The notes: generated by a model from the letters alone, not told the origin. A DNA stretch of 64,000 bases from Thermoplasmatales archaeon SW_10_69_26 (GCA_003009755.1 PXUB01000029.1:13946-77945), one strand, 5' to 3'. Positions 1-8,910 are shown, numbered from the stretch's first letter. Translations and numbers: made by a program.

Positions 1-111
1 CTGCCAGGTCGGCGTCTTCTACGACGACAACGGCCACGACGACGCGCCGCTGCCGTGAGGCGGTCACACCGAACCGGTGAGCTTTTAGCCCGCGCAGGGC
101 CTCCCCCGGCC

Positions 112-384
112 ATGGCCATGGGACGCCTCCTGCGCGGCCTCACCGGGCTCGTCGCCTCCTCCGTCGTGCTCATCCTGCTCGGTCTCGTCTACTTCATCGT
201 GACCGCCTGGATCGTCTCCTTCGGCGTCGAGACGGTGATGGGCGCCACGCCCTCGGCCGATTTCGTCGCGCTGTCCGCCGCGCTGTTGTCGCTGGGCAGC
301 CTCGCCGGCTCCAGCTACTCGATGGGTGACCTCGGCTCCCAGGAGGCCGAGACGGACCGCTACGGGACCAGCGAGGTCGCCTGA
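112..384 (+). CDS. small membrane protein (2 TM helices)
   Basis: ATG at 112 or 118; two hydrophobic segments; host-like codon usage. Confidence 0.7.
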   Translation: MAMGRLLRGLTGLVASSVVLILLGLVYFIVTAWIVSFGVETVMGATPSADFVALSAALLSLGSLAGSSYSMGDLGSQEAETDRYGTSEVA

Positions 385-525
385 GGGACAGCCTCGATCT
401 CGGGACCGGCGTGGCCGGGCCGTGAACCAGGCCAAGCTGGGCCTGATCGTCGCCTTCGTGCTGGCCGCGCCCGTGACCGGGTGCGCCCAGGAGGCCGGCA
501 AACCAGTCCGGCGGCCTCGGCCCGC

Positions 526-885
526 TCAGAACGTCAGCGTCTCGTCGTTGCGCTTGGCCTGGGAGACGAGGTCGCCGGCGCCGCCGAACTCGGCCCAGTC
601 GACGAGGTCGGCCTCCTCGATGCCGCGCGCGCCGGCGCACGGCTCGCAGACGATCGCGCTGCGGATCGCATCGTTCTCGCGGAGCGCGTCGAGCACCTCG
701 GCCACCGGGGGCAGGCCGGGCGCCGTCAGCTCGCCCAGCTCGGCGCGCTCGGTGCCGAGGTAGGTCGCCTCCTGCATGAGGAACAGGTCCACCTGCTCGC
801 CGTGACCCATCGCGCCCTTCGAGGCCACGAACGGGAGCACCGCTTTCGTCGCGTTGTCGGGACCGATGGTGGAGATGACGTGCAT
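526..885 (-). CDS. DsrE family protein
   Basis: GPDNATKAVLPF...VDLFLMQEA...VCEPCAGARGI pattern typical of DsrE/F-like proteins. Confidence 0.8.
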   Translation of the reverse strand: MHVISTIGPDNATKAVLPFVASKGAMGHGEQVDLFLMQEATYLGTERAELGELTAPGLPPVAEVLDALRENDAIRSAIVCEPCAGARGIEEADLVDWAEFGGAGDLVSQAKRNDETLTF

Positions 886-1046
886 GGGATCGGCGACCGA
901 AGGCGCGGGCGGCCTAAACGGTTGAGGGTGGGACCGTCGGTCCCGCGGTCACTGCGATGGGAACATCGAGCCCGGTCGACGGGTATCCAGCTATCGACGC
1001 CGGTGATCGCGCATGCACGGCCGCATCGCGTTCCCGTCTCACTGCG

Positions 1047-1262
1047 ATGCGAGCATCGAGGCTAGCGGTATCCCCAAGCCTAGCGATGCTCGCAATTCGG
1101 ACGGGCTCGGCGGTTTCTGTGGTCGCCCGTCCTCTCGCCAGAGACCGCGTTCCCCGTCCCCGAGATCCCCGATGGCGGGCGGTCTCTGGCGATTCGTACG
1201 AACGCCTCGCCTGACGGCTCGCCGTTCGTACTCTCGGCGTGAAGTACCTCGAACGCTGCGGT
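1047..1262 (-). repeat. tandem array of alternating hairpins (two-hairpin module array)
   Basis: Inverted repeats 1048-1058/1084-1094, 1099-1106/1125-1132, 1135-1148/1179-1192 and 1196-1204/1223-1231, with GA and GAA linkers on the minus strand. Confidence 0.85.
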
Positions 1263-1565
1263 CTACCCTTCTCGGTACTTCACGCCGAACCCACCACGAG
1301 GATGGTTCCAGTCGACGCTGCCGGGGGTGCACACGATGTCGCAGGTGCCGCACTCCACGCAGTCCTCGTACTGGAACGTCATCTTGCCGTCGACGAGCGT
1401 GAAGCAGTTCACCGGGCACGAGTACATGCACATCCGGTGGGTGCACGTCTCGCAGATCTCGGGATCGATCGAGATGTGGGCGTGCTCCTCGTCGTCGAAG
1501 TTGTAGCTGGTCGCCCCCAGGCGTGCCTTGATGTCGAACTTCTCGTCGGTTAGTTGCTGGCTCAT
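1263..1565 (-). CDS. fixX: FixX-like 4Fe-4S ferredoxin
   Basis: CETC...CMYSCPVNCF...CVECGTCDIVC...WNHPRGGFGVKY; overlaps the fixC stop. Confidence 0.9.
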   Translation of the reverse strand: MSQQLTDEKFDIKARLGATSYNFDDEEHAHISIDPEICETCTHRMCMYSCPVNCFTLVDGKMTFQYEDCVECGTCDIVCTPGSVDWNHPRGGFGVKYREG

Positions 1566-2869
1566 AGGTTCTTCCCCGCGTTCAAGGCGTCCTTGATCAT
1601 CGTGAGCGGGCTCACGCCCTTCTCCTTCATCTGGTTGCGAACGACGTCCCGGGTCTTCTCCTTCGGCGTCTCATCCTGTGTGAACATTTCGGTGAACACC
1701 CCTTCCACTAATTCGGGGTACAGGTGGTGGATGCGTTGGTTCCAGACGACCTCCTCCATGTCGGAGAACCGCTGGAAGTCCTTCCAGATGTAGGACTGCT
1801 GCAGACGCCGCTTGTACTCCTGCATCGTCTTGCTGGAGAAGTCGCCGCGCTCCTTGGCATCGAGCACCGTCTCGGCGGCCCGGATGCCGGACCCGACGGC
1901 GTAGTTCATGCCCTGGATGACCATGCCGTTCGAGAAACAGAAGCCGGCCGCGTCGCCGACGAGCATCCAGCCGTCGCCGTGGCGCTTGTCGACGTAGTCG
2001 AGCCCGCCCTCGGGGATCAGGTGGGCCCCGTACTCGATCAGCTCGCCGCCCTCCAACAGCGGCTCGATCGAGGGGTGCAGCCGGAACTCCTCCATGATGT
2101 CGTGGCTGACCTTCTCCTGGTTCCACAGGCTCTCGACGCGGACGACCACGCCCAGGGAGATCGACTCCTTGTTCGTGTACAGGAAGCCGCCGGCCATGAC
2201 GTCGCCCTCGGTCCAGCCGCACACGTACTCGTGGGCGACGCCGGAGCTCCCGTCGACGTTGAACCGCTCGTCGATCGTGTCCTCGCCGAGCTCGACGATC
2301 TCCTTGATGCCGAGCGCGGCGTTCTCGATCGGGATCTTGTCGTCGGTCTCCTCGCGGAGCCCCATGTCGATGGACAGACGCGAGTTCGCGCCGTCGGCGA
2401 TGACGACCGCGTTCGCGCGGATCGTCTCGCCGGCCTGCTCGACGCCGACCGCCTTGCCGTCCTCGAAGACGACGGACTCGACGTTCACGCCCTCGACGAC
2501 CATGCCGCCTTGCTCCTCGACCTTCCCGGCGAACCAGGGATCGGTCTTGGCGCGCAGCACGATCCAGCCGGGGTGCGGGGGTTCACGCCATTCCCCCCGA
2601 TCGAAGTTCACACCGAAGTCCGAGCCCTCGGTCAACATGTGCACGCCCTTGCGGGTGACCGGGCGCTCCACGGGTGCCTCCTTGTACCAGTCCTCGCCGA
2701 CCAGGTCGTCGAGCTCGTGGCCCCAGATGACCCCTCCGGAGAGGTTCTTGGAGCCGATCGGTTTGCCCCGGTCGACGAGGAGGACGCTGGCCCCCTTCTC
2801 GGCCAGCCGGTAGGCGGCCGCGCAACCGCCCATGCCGGCGCCGACGACGATCGCGTCGAAATCGTCCAT
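1562..2869 (-). CDS. fixC: FixC-like ETF:quinone oxidoreductase (FAD-dependent)
   Basis: GAGMGG FAD motif, GSKNLSGG, EYGAHLIPEGG, VGDAAG; coupled to fixX. Confidence 0.9.
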   Translation of the reverse strand: MDDFDAIVVGAGMGGCAAAYRLAEKGASVLLVDRGKPIGSKNLSGGVIWGHELDDLVGEDWYKEAPVERPVTRKGVHMLTEGSDFGVNFDRGEWREPPHPGWIVLRAKTDPWFAGKVEEQGGMVVEGVNVESVVFEDGKAVGVEQAGETIRANAVVIADGANSRLSIDMGLREETDDKIPIENAALGIKEIVELGEDTIDERFNVDGSSGVAHEYVCGWTEGDVMAGGFLYTNKESISLGVVVRVESLWNQEKVSHDIMEEFRLHPSIEPLLEGGELIEYGAHLIPEGGLDYVDKRHGDGWMLVGDAAGFCFSNGMVIQGMNYAVGSGIRAAETVLDAKERGDFSSKTMQEYKRRLQQSYIWKDFQRFSDMEEVVWNQRIHHLYPELVEGVFTEMFTQDETPKEKTRDVVRNQMKEKGVSPLTMIKDALNAGKNL

Positions 2870-2959
2870 CGTGTGCCTCTACGTGGCTCGGTCATTTCAG
2901 TACTGCGCTGGGGAGCACCTGCGCGGTCCCCGTTCGGCCCAGCCTCTGCCGGGCCGTGC

Positions 2960-3222
2960 CCCCAACCCGGCTCGGCCGCCGACCTCGAGCAACCGGTCGG
3001 TCCGGCCGACCTTGACGCCCTCCTGCCAGATCGCCTCGACCGCGGCCTCGTGGTGGGCCCGGAACCGGTCTGGACCCCGCCGGCGAGCGTGCTCCCCGCC
3101 GACCAGGATGCGGCGCGTGTTCGGGGACCGGCGGCCCGTAGAAGGTCTCCCCCAGCTCCTCGGCGAGCCGACCGGTTGCCCACCCAGCTCCAGGCACGGT
3201 TGTCATCGAAGAAGACGTACAT
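2960..3222 (-). pseudogene. frameshifted DsbA/FrnE-like thioredoxin-fold remnant
   Basis: MYVFFDDNRAWSW (degenerate FDxxCPW), then other frames give ATGRLAEELG and FRAHHEAAVEAIWQEGVKVGRTDRLLEVGGRAGL. Confidence 0.55.
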
Positions 3223-3330
3223 CCGAGGCGAGGGGGTCACGGTAACCCACATCTGCGCCGAAGGCCTCGAACACCGGGTGAGGTCGCGGCAACCGGGACC
3301 CTGAAGTCCCACCCTGCCTTCGCCGGCACG

Positions 3331-3855
3331 ATGACCTCCCAGGCCTCCGAGGACGGCCGAGCCCTCGCCCTGGCCGTCGTGTTCGGCCTGCTGTCCGTGC
3401 CCTGGACGTTCGGTTTCGAGCTCGTCCCCGGGCTGCCGCTGTGGCCCGCGTTCGTGGCCTCGGCCAGCGTCTTCGCCGCCGGCGGCGGTGCCGACGGGTT
3501 CGCCCGCAGCCTCACGAACAACGCGCTCGGCGCTGGCTACGCTGCGGCCACGCTGCTCGTCGTCGCTTGGGCCGGTGCCGGCATCGGCGGGCTCAGCCTC
3601 GCCGTGGGCGCGTTCATGTTCCTCGCCAGCCTGCACGCGCTCGTCGACGCGCTGTCGTTCACGCCGGCCGTGTTCCTCGGCTACGCCTCGCTGTTCGGCG
3701 TGGACGCCGGGATCTACGGTCTCGTGTGGGCCGGGCTGGCCGGGACGCTGACGGCCGCCCTGGCTGCGATGGCGATCGGGGCCGGGCTCGGGTGGCTAGC
3801 CGAGACGCTCGCTGACCGGCTGGCCGCCCTTACAACACCAGGTCGTCGAACGTGA
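3331..3855 (+). CDS. DUF1097-like membrane protein
   Basis: LWPAFVASASVFAAGG...NNALG...SFTPAVFLGYASLFG; multiple TM helices. Confidence 0.7.
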   Translation: MTSQASEDGRALALAVVFGLLSVPWTFGFELVPGLPLWPAFVASASVFAAGGGADGFARSLTNNALGAGYAAATLLVVAWAGAGIGGLSLAVGAFMFLASLHALVDALSFTPAVFLGYASLFGVDAGIYGLVWAGLAGTLTAALAAMAIGAGLGWLAETLADRLAALTTPGRRT

Positions 3856-4411
3856 GTCCGATCGCGCCCTGCTCGAGCAGGTGCGCGATCGCCTGCTCGC
3901 CGTCGTCGGGGTCGACCGGCTTGAACGCGTCCATCAGCAGGAACACGTCGTAGCCGTGGTCGAGGGCGTCCTGGGCCGTGTTCTTCACGCAGTACTCGGT
4001 CGTGAGGCCACCGACGAACACGCGCTCGACGTCGTTGTCCTGCAGGAAGGCGTCCAGATCCGGACCGCCCTCGAACGCGCTGTAGTCCTCCTCGTCGGCG
4101 TCTCGGCCCTTCTTGACGTGGTGGGTGTCGGCGGGCAGCTCGAGATCGGGGTGGTACTCGGCTCCCTGGGACCCCTGCAGGCAGTGCGGGGGCCAGGGGC
4201 CGCCCTCGCCCTCGAAGGACATGTGATCCTCCGGATGCCAGTCCCGGGAGGCGGCGATCGGCAGCTCGGCCCGGTGGAAGTGCGTGATGTACTCGTTCAG
4301 CGGCGGAACGACCTTGTCCCCGTCCGGCGCGGCCAAGGCTCCGCCGGGCGTGAAGTCGCTTTGCACGTCCACGACGATCAGCGCGTCACCGCCGGTGATG
4401 GAGGCGCGCAT
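3830..4411 (-). CDS. pncA: nicotinamidase/pyrazinamidase
   Basis: VVDVQSDF, DWH, WPPHC, YSAF, GLTTEYCV isochorismatase-family motifs. Confidence 0.9.
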   Translation of the reverse strand: MRASITGGDALIVVDVQSDFTPGGALAAPDGDKVVPPLNEYITHFHRAELPIAASRDWHPEDHMSFEGEGGPWPPHCLQGSQGAEYHPDLELPADTHHVKKGRDADEEDYSAFEGGPDLDAFLQDNDVERVFVGGLTTEYCVKNTAQDALDHGYDVFLLMDAFKPVDPDDGEQAIAHLLEQGAIGLTFDDLVL

Positions 4412-4446
4412 CGGAGGTCACCACCCGTGCTAGGGGGGTCGCAGGG

Positions 4447-4683
4447 CTAAATAGCCTGCGCCGACCGCTGGCGACGCCACGCCCGCGCCTCGCGGACCCC
4501 GCCACCGAACAGCAGGCTGAACGCGATCGGCGGGACCAGCGTCGCCGCGGCCAGCTGGCCGCGCAGGAGCCGAGCGACCGCAGCCGGCACCGTCCACACG
4601 AGGAACGCCGCGAGGACGAACAAGCCCCCCGCTGCCAACCCGTGCAGGTGAGCCCGCCGACGGTCGATGGCCGGATCGGTCAC
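4447..4683 (-). CDS. small membrane protein
   Basis: GTG at 4683; two hydrophobic helices. Confidence 0.5.
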   Translation of the reverse strand: MTDPAIDRRRAHLHGLAAGGLFVLAAFLVWTVPAAVARLLRGQLAAATLVPPIAFSLLFGGGVREARAWRRQRSAQAI

Positions 4684-4790
4684 GCTATCCAGATGACCGC
4701 GACAGCACTTCAACCCCTCGCCGTCCCCCCAAGGCCCCACCTGGCCCACGTGGTGAACGCCTCGACCGCGGCTTGGCTCTCCCGGCCCGG

Positions 4791-4954
4791 CTGTCTGGTT
4801 AAGCAGGGGCCGCGGAGGACACGAGGGATCGCCAAGGCCACGAAGGGCCTGTGCACTCGCCGCCGGGCGGCGTTGTCACGGCAGCTGCTCCCCGTTGTGC
4901 CCTGGCGTCCCTTCGCGTACTTGGTGGTCCCCCCCCCGTTTCTTATCCTTACAG
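4791..4954 (-). mobile_element. MITE-like element, family 1, copy 1
   Basis: Reverse-complement near-copy of 39573-39733 and 56462-56623; ends CTGT-N5-TAAG on both sides; internal ~21 bp inverted repeat. Confidence 0.85.
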
Positions 4955-5016
4955 CGCGGCTCCCCCGGGACCCACACTTGAAGTACGAGGCTGACCCATC
5001 CCAGGACGGGCCCGAG

Positions 5017-6273
5017 GTGGACGACCTGCTCGATGCCGAGCTCGTGGACGCGATCCGCAAGGACTTCCCCATCCTGGATCGGAAGATGAGGGAGGACCAG
5101 CGGCTCGTCTACCTCGACAACGCAGCGACCTCGCAACGCCCCACGCAGGTCGTCGAGGCGATGCGCCGCTACCAGCAGGAGTCCAACGCCAACGTCCACC
5201 GCGGGATCCACCAGCTCGCCGAGGAGGCCACCGAGACCTACGAGCAGGCCCACGCGGACGTCGCCGCGTTCGTCGGCGCCGAGGGCATGGAGTGCGTGGC
5301 GTTCACGAAGAACACGACCGAGGCGATCAACCTCGTCGCGCAGGGATGGGGTCTCACCAACCTGGAGCCCGAGGACGCGATCCTCGTCACCGAGCTCGAG
5401 CACCACGCCAACCTGGTGCCCTGGCAACAGGTCGCCGACCGCACCGGCGCCGAGCTGCGCCACGTGGCCCTCACCGACGACGGCCGCTTGGACCGGGCCT
5501 CGTTCCACGACCAGCTCGACGAGGACGTGGCCCTGCTCGCCGTCAGCCAGGTCAGCAACGTGCTCGGCACCGTGAACCCGGTCGAGGCGATGACCGAGGC
5601 CGCCCACGACGTGGACGCCCGCGTGCTCGTCGACGCCGCCCAATCCGTGCCCCACATGCCCGTCGACGTCGGCGAGATCGGCTGCGATTGGTTGACGTTC
5701 TCGGGCCACAAGATGTTGGGCCCGACCGGCATCGGTGTGCTCGCGGGGCGCCGCGAGGCGCTCGAGGAGACCGAGCCGCTGTTGTTCGGCGGCGAGATGA
5801 TCCGCCGCGTCACCAAGGACGAGGCCGAGTGGGCCGAGATGCCGTGGTGCTTCGAGGCCGGCACGCCCCCGATGACGGAAGCTGTGGGTCTCTCGCAAGC
5901 GATCGACTACGTGGAACGCATCGGCCGCGAGGCGATCCACGAGCACAGCCGCGAGCTGGCGGCCCGCTGCCAGCGACGCCTCGAGGAGGTCGGCTGCGAG
6001 GTCTACGGGCCCGCGCCCGAGCACCGCAGCGCGCTGGTGAGCTTCAACGTGCCCGGCATCCACCCGCACGATCTCGCCAGCATCATCGACGACGACGGGG
6101 TCGCGATCCGCGCCGGTCACCACTGCGCGATGCCGCTGATGGACCACCTGGGCGTGGCGGCCACCGCCAGGGCCAGCTTCTACATCTATAACACGGAGGA
6201 GGACATTGACGTGCTCGTGAACGGGATCGAACGCGCCGAAGAGGTCATGAGCGTCGAGGAGGACGGCCGGTGA
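5017..6273 (+). CDS. sufS: SufS-type cysteine desulfurase
   Basis: YLDNAATSQ, ANVHRG, FSGHKM (PLP lysine), RAGHHCA; GTG start at 5017. Confidence 0.95.
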   Translation: MDDLLDAELVDAIRKDFPILDRKMREDQRLVYLDNAATSQRPTQVVEAMRRYQQESNANVHRGIHQLAEEATETYEQAHADVAAFVGAEGMECVAFTKNTTEAINLVAQGWGLTNLEPEDAILVTELEHHANLVPWQQVADRTGAELRHVALTDDGRLDRASFHDQLDEDVALLAVSQVSNVLGTVNPVEAMTEAAHDVDARVLVDAAQSVPHMPVDVGEIGCDWLTFSGHKMLGPTGIGVLAGRREALEETEPLLFGGEMIRRVTKDEAEWAEMPWCFEAGTPPMTEAVGLSQAIDYVERIGREAIHEHSRELAARCQRRLEEVGCEVYGPAPEHRSALVSFNVPGIHPHDLASIIDDDGVAIRAGHHCAMPLMDHLGVAATARASFYIYNTEEDIDVLVNGIERAEEVMSVEEDGR

Positions 6274-6692
6274 GCGACAGCGGCTCTTCGATGTACCGTC
6301 AGGACATCCTCGAGCACTACAAGAACCCGGACAACTTCGGGACGCTGGAACCTCACACGCTCGCGCACAACGGCGAGAACCCGCTTTGCGGGGACACGCT
6401 CGAGATCACGCTGAACCTCGGCGACGACGGTACGATCGAGGCCGCCCGCTTCGAGGGCCAAGGCTGCGCGATCTCGCAGGCCGCCACCGACATCCTGCTC
6501 GGCCGGATCGAGGAGATGGAGGCCGACGAAGTGCTCTCCATGGACGAGGACCAACTGCTCGACGTCCTCGGCATCGACGTCTCCCCGCTGCGCGTCAAGT
6601 GCGCCTGCCTGCCGCTCGTCACCGTGCAGGACGGCATCGAGATCCACCGCGGCACGATGGACCCGGTGGACGTCACCCGGACCGAGGATTGA
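6270..6692 (+). CDS. sufU: SufU/IscU-type Fe-S assembly protein
   Basis: NPLCGD, GCAISQA, RVKCA; GTGA overlap with sufS. Confidence 0.9.
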   Translation: MSDSGSSMYRQDILEHYKNPDNFGTLEPHTLAHNGENPLCGDTLEITLNLGDDGTIEAARFEGQGCAISQAATDILLGRIEEMEADEVLSMDEDQLLDVLGIDVSPLRVKCACLPLVTVQDGIEIHRGTMDPVDVTRTED

Positions 6693-6707
6693 GCGATCGC
6701 GATCGGC

Positions 6708-6747
6708 GCGGACCACACAGAGCCACGGAAACACAGAGGCACAGAGG
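6708..6747 (+). repeat. left arm of a 40 bp inverted repeat built from CACAGAGG-like octamers
   Basis: 38/40 identical to the reverse complement of 8167-8206. Confidence 0.9.
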
Positions 6748-6749
6748 GA

Positions 6750-7010
6750 AACCCGATCGAGTCGTCTAGCTCGCTGGTCGTCCCACCCGTCATGCGGACG
6801 AGGGCCGTCATGGCGGCCAGGTCGGTCACGACCGAGCGGGCGAGCTCGTAGCCGTCGACCAAGTCGTCGGGAAACACGACGCCGACGCGGTCCTCGACGA
6901 AGGCCTGCTGGTCGGCGATGAACTCCTCGATGCGGTCGTCGGTGAGGTCCTCGGTCGTGAACCCCATCCGGCCGCGCACGCGGTGGACGGTGGTGCGGAG
7001 GTCGCTCAGC
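6750..7010 (-). pseudogene. truncated ORF resembling a viral head-tail adaptor protein
   Basis: TTVHRVRGRMG...LTDDRIEEFIADQQAFVEDRVG...YELARSVVTDLAAM...ELDDSIG; runs into the repeat arm with no stop of its own. Confidence 0.4.
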
Positions 7011-7158
7011 GCCGGTGCCTCCCGCGGTGGGCTATCACGGGAGAGGAGTGGGCGGAGAGGGTGAAGAAGGATTCAGAACAGGAGAACCCCCGATTGGGAG
7101 CCTCGGCCCGAATTGCTGGGAAGGGGTTTAGAACGCGGCCGCCGCGTGTACCAAGCTG

Positions 7159-7806
7159 ATGATCAGACGGTTGGCTCTCGTCGCCATGCTCGTTTCGGTA
7201 GCGATGGGGGGATGCCTCACCGAACCCGGCAACGTCCGCTGGTCCAACCGGATCGTCGATGGGGAGGGGGTATTCTCCCCGGGGGAAACGATGCGGTTCG
7301 AGGTGACGAACGACGTATCTGGTCCGGGACAGTTCTCGTGGGATTTCGGTGACGGTAACGTTGCCACAGGGAGGACTGTCGAGCATACTTGGTCGAGCCC
7401 TGGAAGCTATCTGGTCACCGTCGAATCTTGGATGGGCTCGTCCATGGCGAGGATCGGGGTCGCCAATGAGACCGAGATCAGTGGGTTCGCTCCACTATCT
7501 GGCGGCCATGCGTCCGGGACGGTGAACAATTCATCGTCCCGCACGCTCGAACTGGATGAGCGGAACGAACGAACAGCAGCGAAGCTCGAATTCGATCGAG
7601 GTGGACCGACGAACCGCTACGAAGGCCGTCTGGTCGCTCCGAACGGTTCGGTCGTCAAGGCGGCCTGCTGTCCTACTTCCGAGTTAACCGTGACTGTCGA
7701 ACGACCTCTGCCGCCGGGCGAGTATGTGCTGGAGGTTGGGACCAGAGAGGGGGCCCCAAGTGATTACGCCGGACAGATCGAGATCCTTTACGAAAACCCG
7801 CCATGA
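7159..7806 (+). CDS. PKD-domain lipoprotein
   Basis: Lipobox MGGC; FSWDFGDG...VEHTWSSPGSYLVTV PKD motif; atypical codon usage. Confidence 0.8.
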   Translation: MIRRLALVAMLVSVAMGGCLTEPGNVRWSNRIVDGEGVFSPGETMRFEVTNDVSGPGQFSWDFGDGNVATGRTVEHTWSSPGSYLVTVESWMGSSMARIGVANETEISGFAPLSGGHASGTVNNSSSRTLELDERNERTAAKLEFDRGGPTNRYEGRLVAPNGSVVKAACCPTSELTVTVERPLPPGEYVLEVGTREGAPSDYAGQIEILYENPP

Positions 7807-7844
7807 TTTCTTGAATCCACGGCCGGCCGGATCAGGGGCTGGAG

Positions 7845-7887
7845 AAGATAAGAAAGGAAAGGAGGGGGAGGGCCGGCCCCCTCCCCG
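7845..7887 (-). terminator. GC hairpin followed by a pyrimidine tract
   Basis: GGGGAGGG/CCCTCCCC stem, then TTTCCTTTCTTATCTT on the minus strand, between convergent ORFs. Confidence 0.45.
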
Positions 7888-7908
7888 CGAAGCGTTGCTG
7901 CCGGAACG

Positions 7909-8139
7909 CTATGCGCACATACCGTTCACATCGTGGGCGCAGGGGTATTCTCCCGTGTTCCCGATCTCGTCGAACTCAAGGCCGCTATACTTATCGCCAT
8001 CGCGCGAAAGGACAGTGTCGAGGTGGTAGGAGCGGTGATCGGCGTACCAGCCCCAGTCGACGTACCAGACGTCCCCGTCGGGTTTCGGGTCGCTCTCGAC
8101 CTGAGGACATGCCGGCCGCCTACGCCTGCACTGAATCAT
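7909..8139 (-). pseudogene. C-terminal fragment of an unknown, probably secreted protein
   Basis: Protein-like W/Y/D/C-rich frame with a stop at 7909; 5' end abuts the inverted repeat. Confidence 0.4.
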
Positions 8140-8166
8140 GGATCTCTACGCCTCCCCAGCTCTGTG

Positions 8167-8206
8167 CCTCTGTGCCTCTGTGTCTCTGTGGCTCTGTGTG
8201 GTCCGC
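8167..8206 (-). repeat. right arm of the 40 bp inverted repeat
   Basis: CCTCTGTGCCTCTGTGTCTCTGTGGCTCTGTGTGGTCCGC. Confidence 0.9.
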
Positions 8207-8234
8207 ACCCACACCGAGCCGCTCTGAGCCTTCT

Positions 8235-8765
8235 CTACTCGGGCTTGACGGCGCGCAAGCGGACGAGCTCGCTGGCGTCGGGGAAGAACTGCAACCGGCG
8301 CTCGGCGGCGTGCTCGAACCCGGCCTCCTCCAGCATTGGCACCGCCTGCGGCGGCAGCTGGCGTGGAGCGTCCGGGTTCCGGGAGTTGGGTGCGCGGAAC
8401 AGGAACATCAAGCGACCCGCCGGCGCCAGCACGCGGAACCACTCCTCGAGCACCGCGGGCTTCCACGCCCGGATCGGCTCGTCGATCCAGACGCCGACGA
8501 TCGCCGCCAGCTGGTCGTCGTCGAACCGGAGGTCGCTGAAGGAGTCGATCGTCACGGTCTCGAGGTTGTCCGGCGCCTCGTCGACCTCGTTGGTGGTGCA
8601 GACGGTCCAACTGGGGACGTCCTCGGCGATCTCGCGGCCGACGTAACCTCGCGGGGAGCCGAGATCGAAGAGCTCGGTGCCCGGGAACCGGCCGGCCTGC
8701 ACGCGGATGCGGTCGGCCAACGGTTCGAGGAACCGCGGGGCGAGCAACTCCTCCTGCGGCAGCAT
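8235..8765 (-). CDS. divergent class I SAM methyltransferase-like protein
   Basis: LFDLGSPRG motif I-like; LRFDDDQL; LEEWFRVLAPAGRLMF. Confidence 0.65.
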   Translation of the reverse strand: MLPQEELLAPRFLEPLADRIRVQAGRFPGTELFDLGSPRGYVGREIAEDVPSWTVCTTNEVDEAPDNLETVTIDSFSDLRFDDDQLAAIVGVWIDEPIRAWKPAVLEEWFRVLAPAGRLMFLFRAPNSRNPDAPRQLPPQAVPMLEEAGFEHAAERRLQFFPDASELVRLRAVKPE

Positions 8766-8910
8766 CGTCACGGGCCACGCGCAGCACAGGGAAAAGCGTT
8801 CGCGGTTCACGGCGGCTGGCCCCCGGCTACACTCGCGCTGTGCGCCGGTTCGACAGTCCCCGAACTGGGCGATCCAGCGGTTGGCCGCCACGGCCGGGCG
8901 GCGGATGGCG

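Noticed and set aside
422-525. Lipoprotein starting MNQAKLGLIVAFVLAAPVTGC
   Set aside because: Only a signal peptide; the frame then runs antisense through dsrE, so at most a remnant
1047-1262. CRISPR array
   Set aside because: No identical direct repeats with regular spacers and no cas genes; the units are palindromes with diverged stems
4642-5016. N-terminal extension of SufS in the ORF track
   Set aside because: Read-through of the MITE; homology begins near GTG 5017
5017-6273. SufS as DndA of a phosphorothioation system with the ATPase
   Set aside because: Group II SufS coupled to sufU, 6 kb away; no dndC in the window
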